From: a virus
Taxonomy: Duplodnaviria > Caudoviricetes
Virus record (IMG/VR): IMGVR_UViG_3300021311_000141
Coordinates: 1-64,000 of that record
DNA: 64,000 nt
Direction: 5' to 3' (one strand)
Numbering within the stretch: position 1 is the stretch's first letter; each line of letters opens with the position of its first letter. The translations under genes were made by a program, and so were the position numbers. The notes below the pieces were generated by a model that saw nothing but the letters and a program-made list of their open reading frames with translations, had not been told where the DNA came from and searched no databases. Shown piece after piece: positions 10,808-18,836 of this stretch.

Positions 10808-12564
10808 TATACGACCTTTGGAAGCGGTTTAGGATCATCGACAAACCACTGCGGCGGTTTAATAAGCGCCGGGAAAAGCGCATCAGCGGCCTTTTTTACG
10901 TCATCATACTGCACCGGAAGCAGCCGTTTTGCGTTGGCAATAAGCATATATGCCTTGCGCAGGACTTCTGTTTTTGGCGCAATTTGTATCATGCGTATCC
11001 AGTGTTCCTGTTCTTCATCACTGACAGATAGGCTCGAATAATAATCCCCAATCTTTCCCCAGTAGCATAAACCATACTGGGAGCCGAAACGGTCAATCTT
11101 GAAGCCGGCAAAACCCGTCGGCTGCGATAGAGCCTCGAACAGCGCCGTATTTGCGGCCTTTCCAAGAGCCTTGCGCCAAGCATCCAGTGCGGCCTTGGCG
11201 TCGGCCCGCTCTGCGGCCTTCTTTTGAGCGACGGCCGTGTACTTCTGCGCGACGACGGCAATATCCGGGTTCTTCCGTCGGCAAATAGCAAGTACCAACT
11301 TGAAGTGTTCCGGATCCGTTGCGGCAAGCTCGGCAAGCAGCTTTGGGCTGGCGAATGCCTGAAAGCCCATGGAGAACACCTCCGAAGAGCCGCCCTCATA
11401 GACCTTGCCCACATAGGGATCGATGAAGGAATCGGGGAACGCGACCTCATTGCTTCCATAGCCAGCATGTGCCAGTTCGCGCAGAGGCTTGGCCGGCCCT
11501 GTGGCTCTGTGACGAATGAATTGGTGACAGGCGCGCTGTGAGGCTTTATCCCAATTTTCTACAAGGTGGCCTATTTCGTGAAAGAGCGTTGTTTTGTTGA
11601 AGTCTCCTTGCACGAAAACTTGAAAGCGCCCGCTTGCAAAAGCACGGTTGCCGCCACGTTGGAGACAAAATTCCACAGGCCCTAACTTGCCGCCGACAAG
11701 CTGGTAAATCTGGGCCATGTCCTGCCGGATGCTCTCTTCGGTAAAACCAAGTTTTTTGAGCTTGTTGAGGGCATTGTCATTAAAGAATACGGCGTTGCTG
11801 GCCCACTCTTTTGCTATTTCGTCGGTGACGATGGAGGCATCCTTAAGCGCTGTAATGGTATCTGTCAGTATTGCCTCTTGCGCATCGTTTGCATTTTCGC
11901 GCAGGGCGTTGAGCTCTTCATATATCGGAAGTTCTTTTTCGCCTTCCGTGAGCAGTTTGGCTTCGTATTCTTTTCGGATTTTCCTAAGCGCCTTATGTCT
12001 CTTTTGCCACTGTGCCGACGTAGAACCAGGAAGACCCAACGCTTCTTTGTAGCGCTGATCCCCGTGCGCGGCATCCCACGCCGCATTAAACAACCCTCCA
12101 GCAAAGGATTCATCTACGCTTTTGCGAGCGGTCTTTTCGAGCTCTGCCAAGCGTTTCAGTTTTGGCAATAGCTCCTTGGCCTTTTCGGGTATTAACGGCA
12201 GCCTTTGCGCAATAAAATCGTTGCCCTGTTCACGCAGGGCTGCGTCCACATCCACATTTTGTCCTGCAGCCTGTAGCCGCGAACGCACGGCCTTGAGGTC
12301 ATCAGTGTTGAAAATGGCTTCTACGACGTCTGGGTGAGGCAGTCGGGCACGTTCCGAAAATTCATACAATTCCTCTGCGGCTATCTGTTCCCCCCGCGCA
12401 TCGCGGGCCAGGACATCGGCCAGAAAATCCAGGTCATCAGCGGCATGGCGTAGTATTTCCCCATCTTGCCCAAAACATGAGCCGATAACGCCGATCAGCC
12501 CGTCAAGCGTTGTCTGCCTGCGGATCTCCTCTGCAATTTGTTCAGGCGTCCACGAAAGGGGCAT
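10807..12564 (-). CDS. DdrB-like internal head protein with zincin metallopeptidase motif
   Basis: HExxH motif (TTLFHEIGHLVE) followed by DPYVGKVY..SSEVFSMG; located in the Dar operon. Confidence 0.55.
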   Translation of the reverse strand: MPLSWTPEQIAEEIRRQTTLDGLIGVIGSCFGQDGEILRHAADDLDFLADVLARDARGEQIAAEELYEFSERARLPHPDVVEAIFNTDDLKAVRSRLQAAGQNVDVDAALREQGNDFIAQRLPLIPEKAKELLPKLKRLAELEKTARKSVDESFAGGLFNAAWDAAHGDQRYKEALGLPGSTSAQWQKRHKALRKIRKEYEAKLLTEGEKELPIYEELNALRENANDAQEAILTDTITALKDASIVTDEIAKEWASNAVFFNDNALNKLKKLGFTEESIRQDMAQIYQLVGGKLGPVEFCLQRGGNRAFASGRFQVFVQGDFNKTTLFHEIGHLVENWDKASQRACHQFIRHRATGPAKPLRELAHAGYGSNEVAFPDSFIDPYVGKVYEGGSSEVFSMGFQAFASPKLLAELAATDPEHFKLVLAICRRKNPDIAVVAQKYTAVAQKKAAERADAKAALDAWRKALGKAANTALFEALSQPTGFAGFKIDRFGSQYGLCYWGKIGDYYSSLSVSDEEQEHWIRMIQIAPKTEVLRKAYMLIANAKRLLPVQYDDVKKAADALFPALIKPPQWFVDDPKPLPKVV

Positions 12565-12565
12565 A

Positions 12566-13528
12566 TTACGCCTCCGGCTTGTCGCCCCGGCCTTGGGCCT
12601 TGCGGCGGCGGATGGGCGTCCAGCGGGCCAGTCTCTCCCTGATTTGCTCCTCGCGCAGCCAGATGTCCTGCCCCTTGAACACGTCCGCTATTTCCTCTTG
12701 CGTCAGGAAACCGGCGTAGAGCTCGCCAAACCATTTTTTGAAATGCTCTTCCAGGAAAGTGGACTGCGTTTTCATGTCCCCGACCTTGCCCCATGAAAAG
12801 GCGCTGGCGTTGTGGATCATCATGGTGCAGTTGGGGGTGGTCTGAATTTCGTCGCATGGCATCGTGACAAGAGAGCCGGACGAGTAAGCGGTGATGACTT
12901 GGGCTATGGTGTTTGCCTTGGTGGCGAGCAGAGCCACATATACGGCTTGGGCTGAATCCGTGCGGCCGCCGTGCGAATTGACCTTGAGAATCACCGTGTC
13001 CACGGAGCGCGCATCGTCGATGGCGCGGACGATTTCGCGGAAAGTGTCCGGCGATTCGAACTCTTTGTCGATGTCTATCAGAATGTCGTCTCCGGCGCCG
13101 GATTCCTTTGGCCTGCGCCGCACTGCGCTGATCCGCCTTTTCAAATCCCCGTCTTCGGCCAGGATGGTGACGGCATCCTGCGGGATACCGGCGTTTTCAT
13201 ACACGCCATCTTCCGAGCGGTGCGCGGCCAGATAGGCAATGACGGGCTCATGCAGGGCCTTGATGTCCCCCCCGATCTCCTTGGCAACGCGCTCCAAAAT
13301 GCTCACGAACCGCACCACGGGTTCTTTGAGAAATTCTCCGGCCACAAGCTGCTCATAGAGCGACTTGAACGCCCCTGCCACTTTGCCTTCCAGCTTGGCG
13401 AAAGCGTCGGCAAGCTGCTTCTGAAGGCTGCGCTTGGTCTTGAAGTCCGGGCCGTTTTCCAGCGAGGCGAAACAGGTTTGAATTTCCTGCTGCAGCGCAC
13501 GTTTTTCCTTGAATGACAGCGCCATCAC
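12566..13528 (-). CDS. DdrA-like N-terminal domain fused to a ClpP-type (S14/S49) serine protease domain
   Basis: C-terminal half has NSHGG, AYSSGSL (catalytic Ser) and MMIHNAS (catalytic His); occupies the ddrA position, and LYEQLVAGEFLKEPVVRFVSIL..VIAYLAAH resembles P1 DdrA as recalled. Confidence 0.7.
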   Translation of the reverse strand: MMALSFKEKRALQQEIQTCFASLENGPDFKTKRSLQKQLADAFAKLEGKVAGAFKSLYEQLVAGEFLKEPVVRFVSILERVAKEIGGDIKALHEPVIAYLAAHRSEDGVYENAGIPQDAVTILAEDGDLKRRISAVRRRPKESGAGDDILIDIDKEFESPDTFREIVRAIDDARSVDTVILKVNSHGGRTDSAQAVYVALLATKANTIAQVITAYSSGSLVTMPCDEIQTTPNCTMMIHNASAFSWGKVGDMKTQSTFLEEHFKKWFGELYAGFLTQEEIADVFKGQDIWLREEQIRERLARWTPIRRRKAQGRGDKPEA

Positions 13529-15042
13529 ATCGCCCCCTGCTTTTTCTTGAGCAGTTCTGTCAGGTGGTCTGCAGCCCGATTGAACAAGGCCTCAAACTCT
13601 TCAAAGCGCCCTGCGGCTTCTGCCTGGCCTGCGGCTTCGTCCAACAGCCTGTCCACCTTGTCGGTGTCATCGTCATACTTGCCGGCAACAATGTCATTGA
13701 GGGTGGTGGCAAACACCGGCGTCGCCGTGTTGGCGCCGGTGTTTCCTCCTTCCGGCTCTTGGGGGGCTGGATACCAACCCTGGGCATCGTCCATGGCAGT
13801 CTGGGCGGAGGTATGCTCCTTTTGTGTGACCCATTCGCCGTCGTTGCGCCAGGTCTGGACGAGATACCAGTCTTTTCCCTTGTCGCGCACATGGGCGACG
13901 CGCATTTCTTCGGGCCGATATTCAGTCTTCGGGAGCGACAGGGGTACATCCAGGACAACAGGTTCGGAGGGGTCGGCATTGCCTCTTTCGTGGATAAACC
14001 GCCACTGGGCTTCTGCAGATTCCTGCGTTGTGATGGGGAGGTCGATGAGCTTGCCGTCCTTCAGGCGCATCTTCCAGACACCGCCATCCTTGACATAACT
14101 GCTGACGGTTGCGCCGTCAGGCGCACCGACGGAACCGGATTCCACGCCTGCGCCATTTCTCCCTGCTCCCTCGCCGGAGGTTCCGGCAGGCTTGCCCCCG
14201 CCCTGGGGCCGAGCCTTGCGCATGGCGTCGAGCTTGGCCTGCAGCTCGGCGTTGATGGTTTTCTGCTTTTCCAGCAAGGCCAGAGTATTGGAAAGCTGCG
14301 CCGTCACCGTTTCAGCATCCTTGGATGCCTGCGCCACCCCGTCCATGAGTTCGCGCTGCTTGTCCTCGGCGTTCTTCACAGCTTCGCGGGCTTCATCCAA
14401 CGCCTTGCGCTCCGCAGCGGCTTCCTTCTGGGTGCGCTCAAAGCGGGCACTGTTTTTCACAACCAACTGGGTGATCCGCTTGCCGATGGATTCAAGGGAC
14501 ACTTCGGAACCGTCCTCCGGGGCCACAACCTGCGTAATGTCCCTTTTGTTCAGCAGCCATTGGAAGGCCACTATGCGGTCGGACGGGGTGATTTTCTTCC
14601 GGTCGCCTTCGGGCGCATGGAAAATCACGGATACCACCTGTCCGTCGGAGAACGGAAGCTGCACCGTGACATAGGCGAAGCTCCCACGCTTGCGGGGCTT
14701 GCCCACAATGGCGTCCAGTGCTGTGATTTCCTTCCCGGCGAGGTGTCGGTTCAGGACACGCACCACAGCGGCCATGCGGCGCTCTGTCTTGCTGAACTTG
14801 TCAACGACGATGGCTTCAAGGATGTAGTCCGGGGAAATTTCATCAGTGCCGGGGTTGTAATAGGCGTCAACTTCCTCGAACGTGGCGCTTTCCATGAGCA
14901 TGTCGTAGTCATGCCGCGTGGCGCCGAGCTCGTTCAGGGCATTCACGAGCTCACTTTCCGAAAATCCGCGAGGATGCAGATCATCGCAATCAATAATCCG
15001 CATGGCGTACACGGGATTCATGGCCTCAACGCGCTCACACAT
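13525..15042 (-). CDS. darA: DarA-like defence-against-restriction protein
   Basis: VTVQLPFSDGQVVSVIFHAPEGDRKKITPSDRIVAFQWLLNKRDITQVVAPEDG and KNSARFERTQ are DarA N-domain motifs; coiled coil follows; adjacent to hdf. Confidence 0.85.
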   Translation of the reverse strand: MCERVEAMNPVYAMRIIDCDDLHPRGFSESELVNALNELGATRHDYDMLMESATFEEVDAYYNPGTDEISPDYILEAIVVDKFSKTERRMAAVVRVLNRHLAGKEITALDAIVGKPRKRGSFAYVTVQLPFSDGQVVSVIFHAPEGDRKKITPSDRIVAFQWLLNKRDITQVVAPEDGSEVSLESIGKRITQLVVKNSARFERTQKEAAAERKALDEAREAVKNAEDKQRELMDGVAQASKDAETVTAQLSNTLALLEKQKTINAELQAKLDAMRKARPQGGGKPAGTSGEGAGRNGAGVESGSVGAPDGATVSSYVKDGGVWKMRLKDGKLIDLPITTQESAEAQWRFIHERGNADPSEPVVLDVPLSLPKTEYRPEEMRVAHVRDKGKDWYLVQTWRNDGEWVTQKEHTSAQTAMDDAQGWYPAPQEPEGGNTGANTATPVFATTLNDIVAGKYDDDTDKVDRLLDEAAGQAEAAGRFEEFEALFNRAADHLTELLKKKQGAM

Positions 15043-15044
15043 GG

Positions 15045-15653
15045 CTATGCTCCTTGCGCCTTCTCAAGTTCGGCGATTTGCGCCTCAAGGGACGCTGTTT
15101 TCTTTCGTTCGGCATCCAGGGCCTTTTCTGCGGCTGCGAGTTCGGCGCGCGACGTTGCCGTGGAGGTGTTGGTGTCGGCCAACTGTTTTTCAAGGTCGGC
15201 GTTGGTCTGGGTGAGCTGCTGCAGGTCTTCGGTGGCCTGGGCCAGCTTTTCTTGGCGAGTGGTTGTGACAGAGGGTTTTGTCGGACGAATCTTGCGGCGT
15301 TCTCGCTGTATCTTCGCCCTTGCGTAGGCCTTGGCGTTGTCGTGAACATAGTCGATCATCTCGCCGACGGCCTTGTCCATGTTGTCCACGTTGCGCACGG
15401 GGACAACCTTGTTGTTCAGCTTGACTTGGTAGATAGTGCCGCCCGCCTTGACCTTGACAAGCATTTTCTGCCCGTCCTCAAAGATCAGGGTGAAGCTCTT
15501 AACCAGCATCCCGCTCTCTCGCTTTGCCTTGTTGGGGGCGTCCACGGAAGCAACGGGGCATTCAAACTTGGCAAATTTTTTTAGAATCGGCTTGAGCCCG
15601 TTCTCGGTCAATCTGTCAAAGGGCAGCACCAGTTGATTGCTCTTGGGCGGCAT
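15045..15653 (-). CDS. hdf: Hdf (homologue of DarA fragment)
   Basis: KRESGMLVKSFTLIFEDGQKMLVKVKAGGTIYQVKLNNKVVPV motif plus C-terminal coiled coil; first gene of the Dar operon. Confidence 0.8.
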   Translation of the reverse strand: MPPKSNQLVLPFDRLTENGLKPILKKFAKFECPVASVDAPNKAKRESGMLVKSFTLIFEDGQKMLVKVKAGGTIYQVKLNNKVVPVRNVDNMDKAVGEMIDYVHDNAKAYARAKIQRERRKIRPTKPSVTTTRQEKLAQATEDLQQLTQTNADLEKQLADTNTSTATSRAELAAAEKALDAERKKTASLEAQIAELEKAQGA

Positions 15654-15716
15654 GGCGTTCTCCCGTATTTTTGGGAATTATCCTGCCATGCCAGCGCAAG
15701 GCTTGCCAAAAAAATT

Positions 15717-15741
15717 TGTCTAAATCTGGCAGATATGGACA
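15717..15741. promoter_or_regulatory. 25-bp hyphenated palindrome, copy 1; candidate late-activator site upstream of the hdf-dar operon
   Basis: TGTCTAAATCTGGCAGATATGGACA with inner ATCTG-G-CAGAT and outer TGTC/GACA; minus-strand -10-like GATAAT at 15677-15682. Confidence 0.7.
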
Positions 15742-15762
15742 GCCAAAACAGATCAAACGCAG

Positions 15763-16047
15763 TCAGCATTGCACCCAGATATAGTTGAGCGTCCACATGC
15801 CAAGACACACGAGGGAAGGCAGCAGCCAGTCCAGCACGCCCTTGACCGTCCACGCATCCGGCAGGAACCCGCCGTACCACGGCATGTTGGCCCTCTTGCC
15901 GCCGCAGTAGGCGGCGATGTAGCGGTACTCGGCCTGCGCGAACTCCCGGCCCATATACCAGATGGCGGGCAGGAACAGGGCTTCGCTGTTGCCGTGCGTT
16001 GCCGCCACGAAAAGGCAGAACAGCAGGGAAATTGCCGCGTGAATCAT
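15763..16047 (-). CDS. Small membrane protein, paralogue of the adjacent gene
   Basis: Hydrophobic segments; YMGREFAQAE and LDWLLP motifs mirror FFFGREHAQQQ and MDLYCP in the neighbour. Confidence 0.6.
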   Translation of the reverse strand: MIHAAISLLFCLFVAATHGNSEALFLPAIWYMGREFAQAEYRYIAAYCGGKRANMPWYGGFLPDAWTVKGVLDWLLPSLVCLGMWTLNYIWVQC

Positions 16048-16048
16048 G

Positions 16049-16375
16049 CTACACCGCCAAAAGAGCCAGCAGGGCCAGTAACAGCGTGGTCACAGTCGGG
16101 CAATACAGGTCCATCCGGCTTGGGTAGTCCCATTTCCAGAACTTGGCGGCTTCCCAGTCGCCCAGCGCGGCATCCTCCGCCCCGCTGAAAAAGTCCTGCT
16201 GCTGGGCGTGCTCACGGCCGAAGAAAAATCCAATCGGGGCGGCTGCTCCCGCACCTACGGCAAGGGCCGGGGAGACCCACCACAGGGCCAGCGTGACTAC
16301 GCCCTGCATGAGCGCCGCGTACACGCAATGCTCAATGGGCGTGAGGTCGCCGCCCAGAAATTCACGGAGATTCAT
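16049..16375 (-). CDS. Small membrane protein (start revised to MNLREF)
   Basis: GGAG-type SD before ATG at 16375; two hydrophobic segments; GREHAQ motif. Confidence 0.6.
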   Translation of the reverse strand: MNLREFLGGDLTPIEHCVYAALMQGVVTLALWWVSPALAVGAGAAAPIGFFFGREHAQQQDFFSGAEDAALGDWEAAKFWKWDYPSRMDLYCPTVTTLLLALLALLAV

Positions 16376-16391
16376 TGCCACTCCCGGTTTG

Positions 16392-16419
16392 GTGGCGGGG
16401 CCGTTTGGAGCCCCGCCAC
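16392..16419. terminator. GC-rich hairpin at the downstream end of the DGR-associated ORFs
   Basis: 10-bp stem gtggcggggc/gccccgccac with an 8-nt loop; no clear U-tract. Confidence 0.4.
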
Positions 16420-16422
16420 GCC

Positions 16423-16542
16423 TCAATCTATTTCCAGGGCAATCTTGAGTTGCTCAATTTCGTATTGCTGCCGCTTGATGATTGCCGCTTGGGCCTCAAC
16501 CAAGTCCACAAGCTCAAGAATTGAGCTTGGCACGGAGTTCAT
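16423..16542 (-). CDS. Small coiled-coil protein (39 aa; start revised to MNSVPSS)
   Basis: Overlaps the end of the upstream gene; amphipathic ILELVDLVEAQAAIIKRQQYEIEQLK. Confidence 0.45.
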   Translation of the reverse strand: MNSVPSSILELVDLVEAQAAIIKRQQYEIEQLKIALEID

Positions 16543-16738
16543 TGATGCGGTCGCGGACGGCCTGCCGCTTGGCATGGAGCTCCGCAATGTCATAGGGTGG
16601 TTCTTGTCCGGCAAGGACGTACTCCTGGTATTTGGCAACTTTCCAGTCGCCGATTTCGGACGCTCCCGAAGTGAGCTTGGACATGCCATCGTGAATTTCC
16701 TGTTCCATGTCCATGCGCTGTTCATCAGTCAGAGGCAT
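16514..16738 (-). CDS. Hypothetical protein downstream of the DGR RT
   Basis: AAGGAG SD; DWKVAKYQE..PYDIAELHAKRQAVRDRINEL is of a type common near phage tail and DGR loci. Confidence 0.65.
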   Translation of the reverse strand: MPLTDEQRMDMEQEIHDGMSKLTSGASEIGDWKVAKYQEYVLAGQEPPYDIAELHAKRQAVRDRINELRAKLNS

Positions 16739-16759
16739 AGTGTTCTCCTTCGATGTTTG

Positions 16760-17914
16760 TCAGTTGTAGTAGAACAACCGCAAGTAGAGATTGTCAGTGA
16801 AGCGAAGGTTCTGTCTGCGATGTGCGTACCGCAACACAGACCCTCGCCAGGACTGATAGGCATCGCTGACCATCTTGCGCGTCATCAGCCCGCGTTCGAA
16901 CAGTCCGCGAAAACGCTTCAGCCTTCGCCGTTCCCGCACAAAGGCCGAGTTGTCGGCCCTCGCTGCTATCCGCCTGCCCACAACTGCGTAGCGGGTTTTC
17001 AGATAGGTGAATCCATGCGACAGCCGGACAATTTGCGTCTTTTTGCGATTCACAAACATGCCAAGCGCCGTGGCTTGCCGCTCAAACTCTCCAAGCGCTT
17101 CCATAAGGCGTTGCCTGTCGCTGTGGATGACATATACGTCGTCCATGTAGCGCCCGTAGTATTTGAACCCCATGGCGCACTTGAAATAATTGTCGATCAC
17201 TGTGGGGAAGAACACGCCGCCGATTTGTGAAATCTGGCTGCCGATGCCCATGGACTTGGACAGTTTCAGCCTGCCCGTGGGCCCCTGATATGCGGCTTGG
17301 CGTTCCCTGTGCCGAATGCTGCTGAACGGCACATGCGCGCTCGAAGCGTACTCGGCATCGGTCATGTAAGAAACGTCGGGGCTGAACGACGACACGACAT
17401 GCTCCAACAACGGGCGTAGCGATGTGTCGCCGCCCAGGCGGCGCTGCACACTTTCCAGAAGTTGGGCATGGGGGATGTTGTCAAAGAATTTCGAGAAGTC
17501 GATGAGCAACACATACCCGTCAGGGTGGCGCCGCAGGAACTTCTCAAGGTGGACTTTCAGGCGTCTGCGCGCGAAATCCACACCCTTGTTTTTCAATGAC
17601 GCGCCGTTGTCGTATATCAGGTATGGGGAGAGGGCGGGAATGAGGGCATTGTCACACAAGGATCGCTGCACAATGCGGTCAGTGATGTGTTGTGACCTGA
17701 TGGGCCGCACCTTCCCGCGTTCGGCCAAGACAAACTCAAAAAACGGCATTTGCCGGTATGTTCCGTCCCGCAGGGCGCGGCGAAGCTGGCTGATGTTGCG
17801 CAGCAAATTCATCTGGCAGCGCTGCGTGGATGCTTTCCAGTCGCTCCCGCGTTTCGCCATCTGAAAGGCGTCGAACAGGTTGTTCGCGTCGCTCACAATA
17901 TCCAGATAGCTCAT
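16760..17914 (-). CDS. DGR reverse transcriptase
   Basis: 384 aa; RPIRSQHITDRIVQRSL, YDNGASLKNKG, DFSKFFDNI, GIGSQISQ, YGRYMDD and FTYLK RT motifs; no maturase or endonuclease domain. Confidence 0.95.
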   Translation of the reverse strand: MSYLDIVSDANNLFDAFQMAKRGSDWKASTQRCQMNLLRNISQLRRALRDGTYRQMPFFEFVLAERGKVRPIRSQHITDRIVQRSLCDNALIPALSPYLIYDNGASLKNKGVDFARRRLKVHLEKFLRRHPDGYVLLIDFSKFFDNIPHAQLLESVQRRLGGDTSLRPLLEHVVSSFSPDVSYMTDAEYASSAHVPFSSIRHRERQAAYQGPTGRLKLSKSMGIGSQISQIGGVFFPTVIDNYFKCAMGFKYYGRYMDDVYVIHSDRQRLMEALGEFERQATALGMFVNRKKTQIVRLSHGFTYLKTRYAVVGRRIAARADNSAFVRERRRLKRFRGLFERGLMTRKMVSDAYQSWRGSVLRYAHRRQNLRFTDNLYLRLFYYN

Positions 17915-18209
17915 ACCGTGCCCCTGTTGGTTCTCATAAGACGGTGAGGCATGTTCACAGCCGTGCCTGACGTGTCAGACGGCATCATGCGCTCGTGTTT
18001 ACCCCGCTCTCACGGGGAAGGACTGACCTTCCTTTCCTGTTTACTCGCATCGGCAACTGCCTACACATAGTGCGAGTACAGCAAATCGGGCGGACACCGC
18101 GCGAGTTGGACGCGTTGTTGTAGTTCGCATTGCCGTTGTTGTTGGCATTGGCGAAGTTCGTCGACGACGCCACCGCGCCCAACCACCAGTTGTAGCGGGC
18201 CTTACAAGG
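17915..18209 (-). ncRNA. DGR template RNA (TR plus structured 3' spacer)
   Basis: Non-coding gap between avd and RT; contains the TR and hairpins tactcgca/tgcgagta (18042-18078), ggaagg/ccttcc (18016-18032) and gccgt-ctgac/gtcag-acggc (17960-17983). Confidence 0.75.
18087..18201 (-). repeat. DGR template repeat (TR), 115 nt
   Basis: Reads ARYNWWLGAVASSTNFANANNNGNANYNNASNSRGVRP in the target frame; 11 AAY codons and 25 adenines. Confidence 0.95.
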
Positions 18210-18785
18210 TCAGCCCTGGCTTTTCTTGGAGGGGGCTTTCCGCTTGCCCTCCTTGATTTGCGCCAATATTCGGTTGTCGGACTTGCGCCACCCCTTGAGC
18301 AGCGCTATCTCCTTCTCTATCATCTCAACATATGGCATGAATTTCTCAATATCGCACGGTATCACATGGATGACGTACTGCATCTCCTGCAAAAGTTGCT
18401 CGCAGTTTATGATTGCGCGATTTTGCATGGAGCGGCGTTCCAGATATTCCCTCTCGTTTATCGCATAGATGGTGTTAGCCCCGATGATGTTTTGCATCAG
18501 GTCACGGAGCAATCCCAAAATGGTTTCCCGAAAGTGGTCTATCAACCAATGCGGATACCGTTCGATGACCGGCTGCTTGAAGCCGTATTTCTCGGCAATC
18601 TCGGCAAGCGCCCGCGTGTCCTCCTCGGACATGCCGCGCATACCCGATAGAACCTGCAGATTGCGCACCTTGTCCTTGATGGCAAAATCACGCAGCAGCA
18701 GATTGGTGAACGCCAGCCGCATCTTGAATGCGGTGTGGTAGAACTCCAAATCTGACAATGTGCGCTTGCTGACCGGCACTGACAT
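18210..18785 (-). CDS. avd: Accessory variability determinant (Avd-like four-helix protein)
   Basis: Helical protein with ANTIYAINEREYLERRSMQNRAIINCEQLLQEMQY..IEKEIALLKGWRKSD; sits between the target gene and TR. Confidence 0.85.
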   Translation of the reverse strand: MSVPVSKRTLSDLEFYHTAFKMRLAFTNLLLRDFAIKDKVRNLQVLSGMRGMSEEDTRALAEIAEKYGFKQPVIERYPHWLIDHFRETILGLLRDLMQNIIGANTIYAINEREYLERRSMQNRAIINCEQLLQEMQYVIHVIPCDIEKFMPYVEMIEKEIALLKGWRKSDNRILAQIKEGKRKAPSKKSQG

Positions 18786-18802
18786 ATCTTGCCCTGTATG
18801 GC

Positions 18803-18829
18803 ATCCCCGCCCCACAAGGGGGCGGGGAT
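18803..18829. promoter_or_regulatory. GC-rich hairpin/cruciform downstream of the VR (retrohoming recognition element)
   Basis: Perfect 11-bp stem atccccgcccc-acaag-ggggcggggat, 7 nt after the target stop codon. Confidence 0.8.
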
Positions 18830-18836
18830 TGAAGAT

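Noticed and set aside
15680-15716. Sigma-54 promoters at the late operons (TGGCA...GC)
   Set aside because: GG-N10-GC spacing with a TTGC box is not met consistently at the three sites
16760-17914. RT as a group II intron, retron or Abi RT
   Set aside because: No maturase/endonuclease domain or retron VTG motif; the TR/VR pair and avd identify a DGR
17985-18182. 65-aa Asn-rich ORF
   Set aside because: It is the DGR template repeat read in the target frame; it functions as RNA
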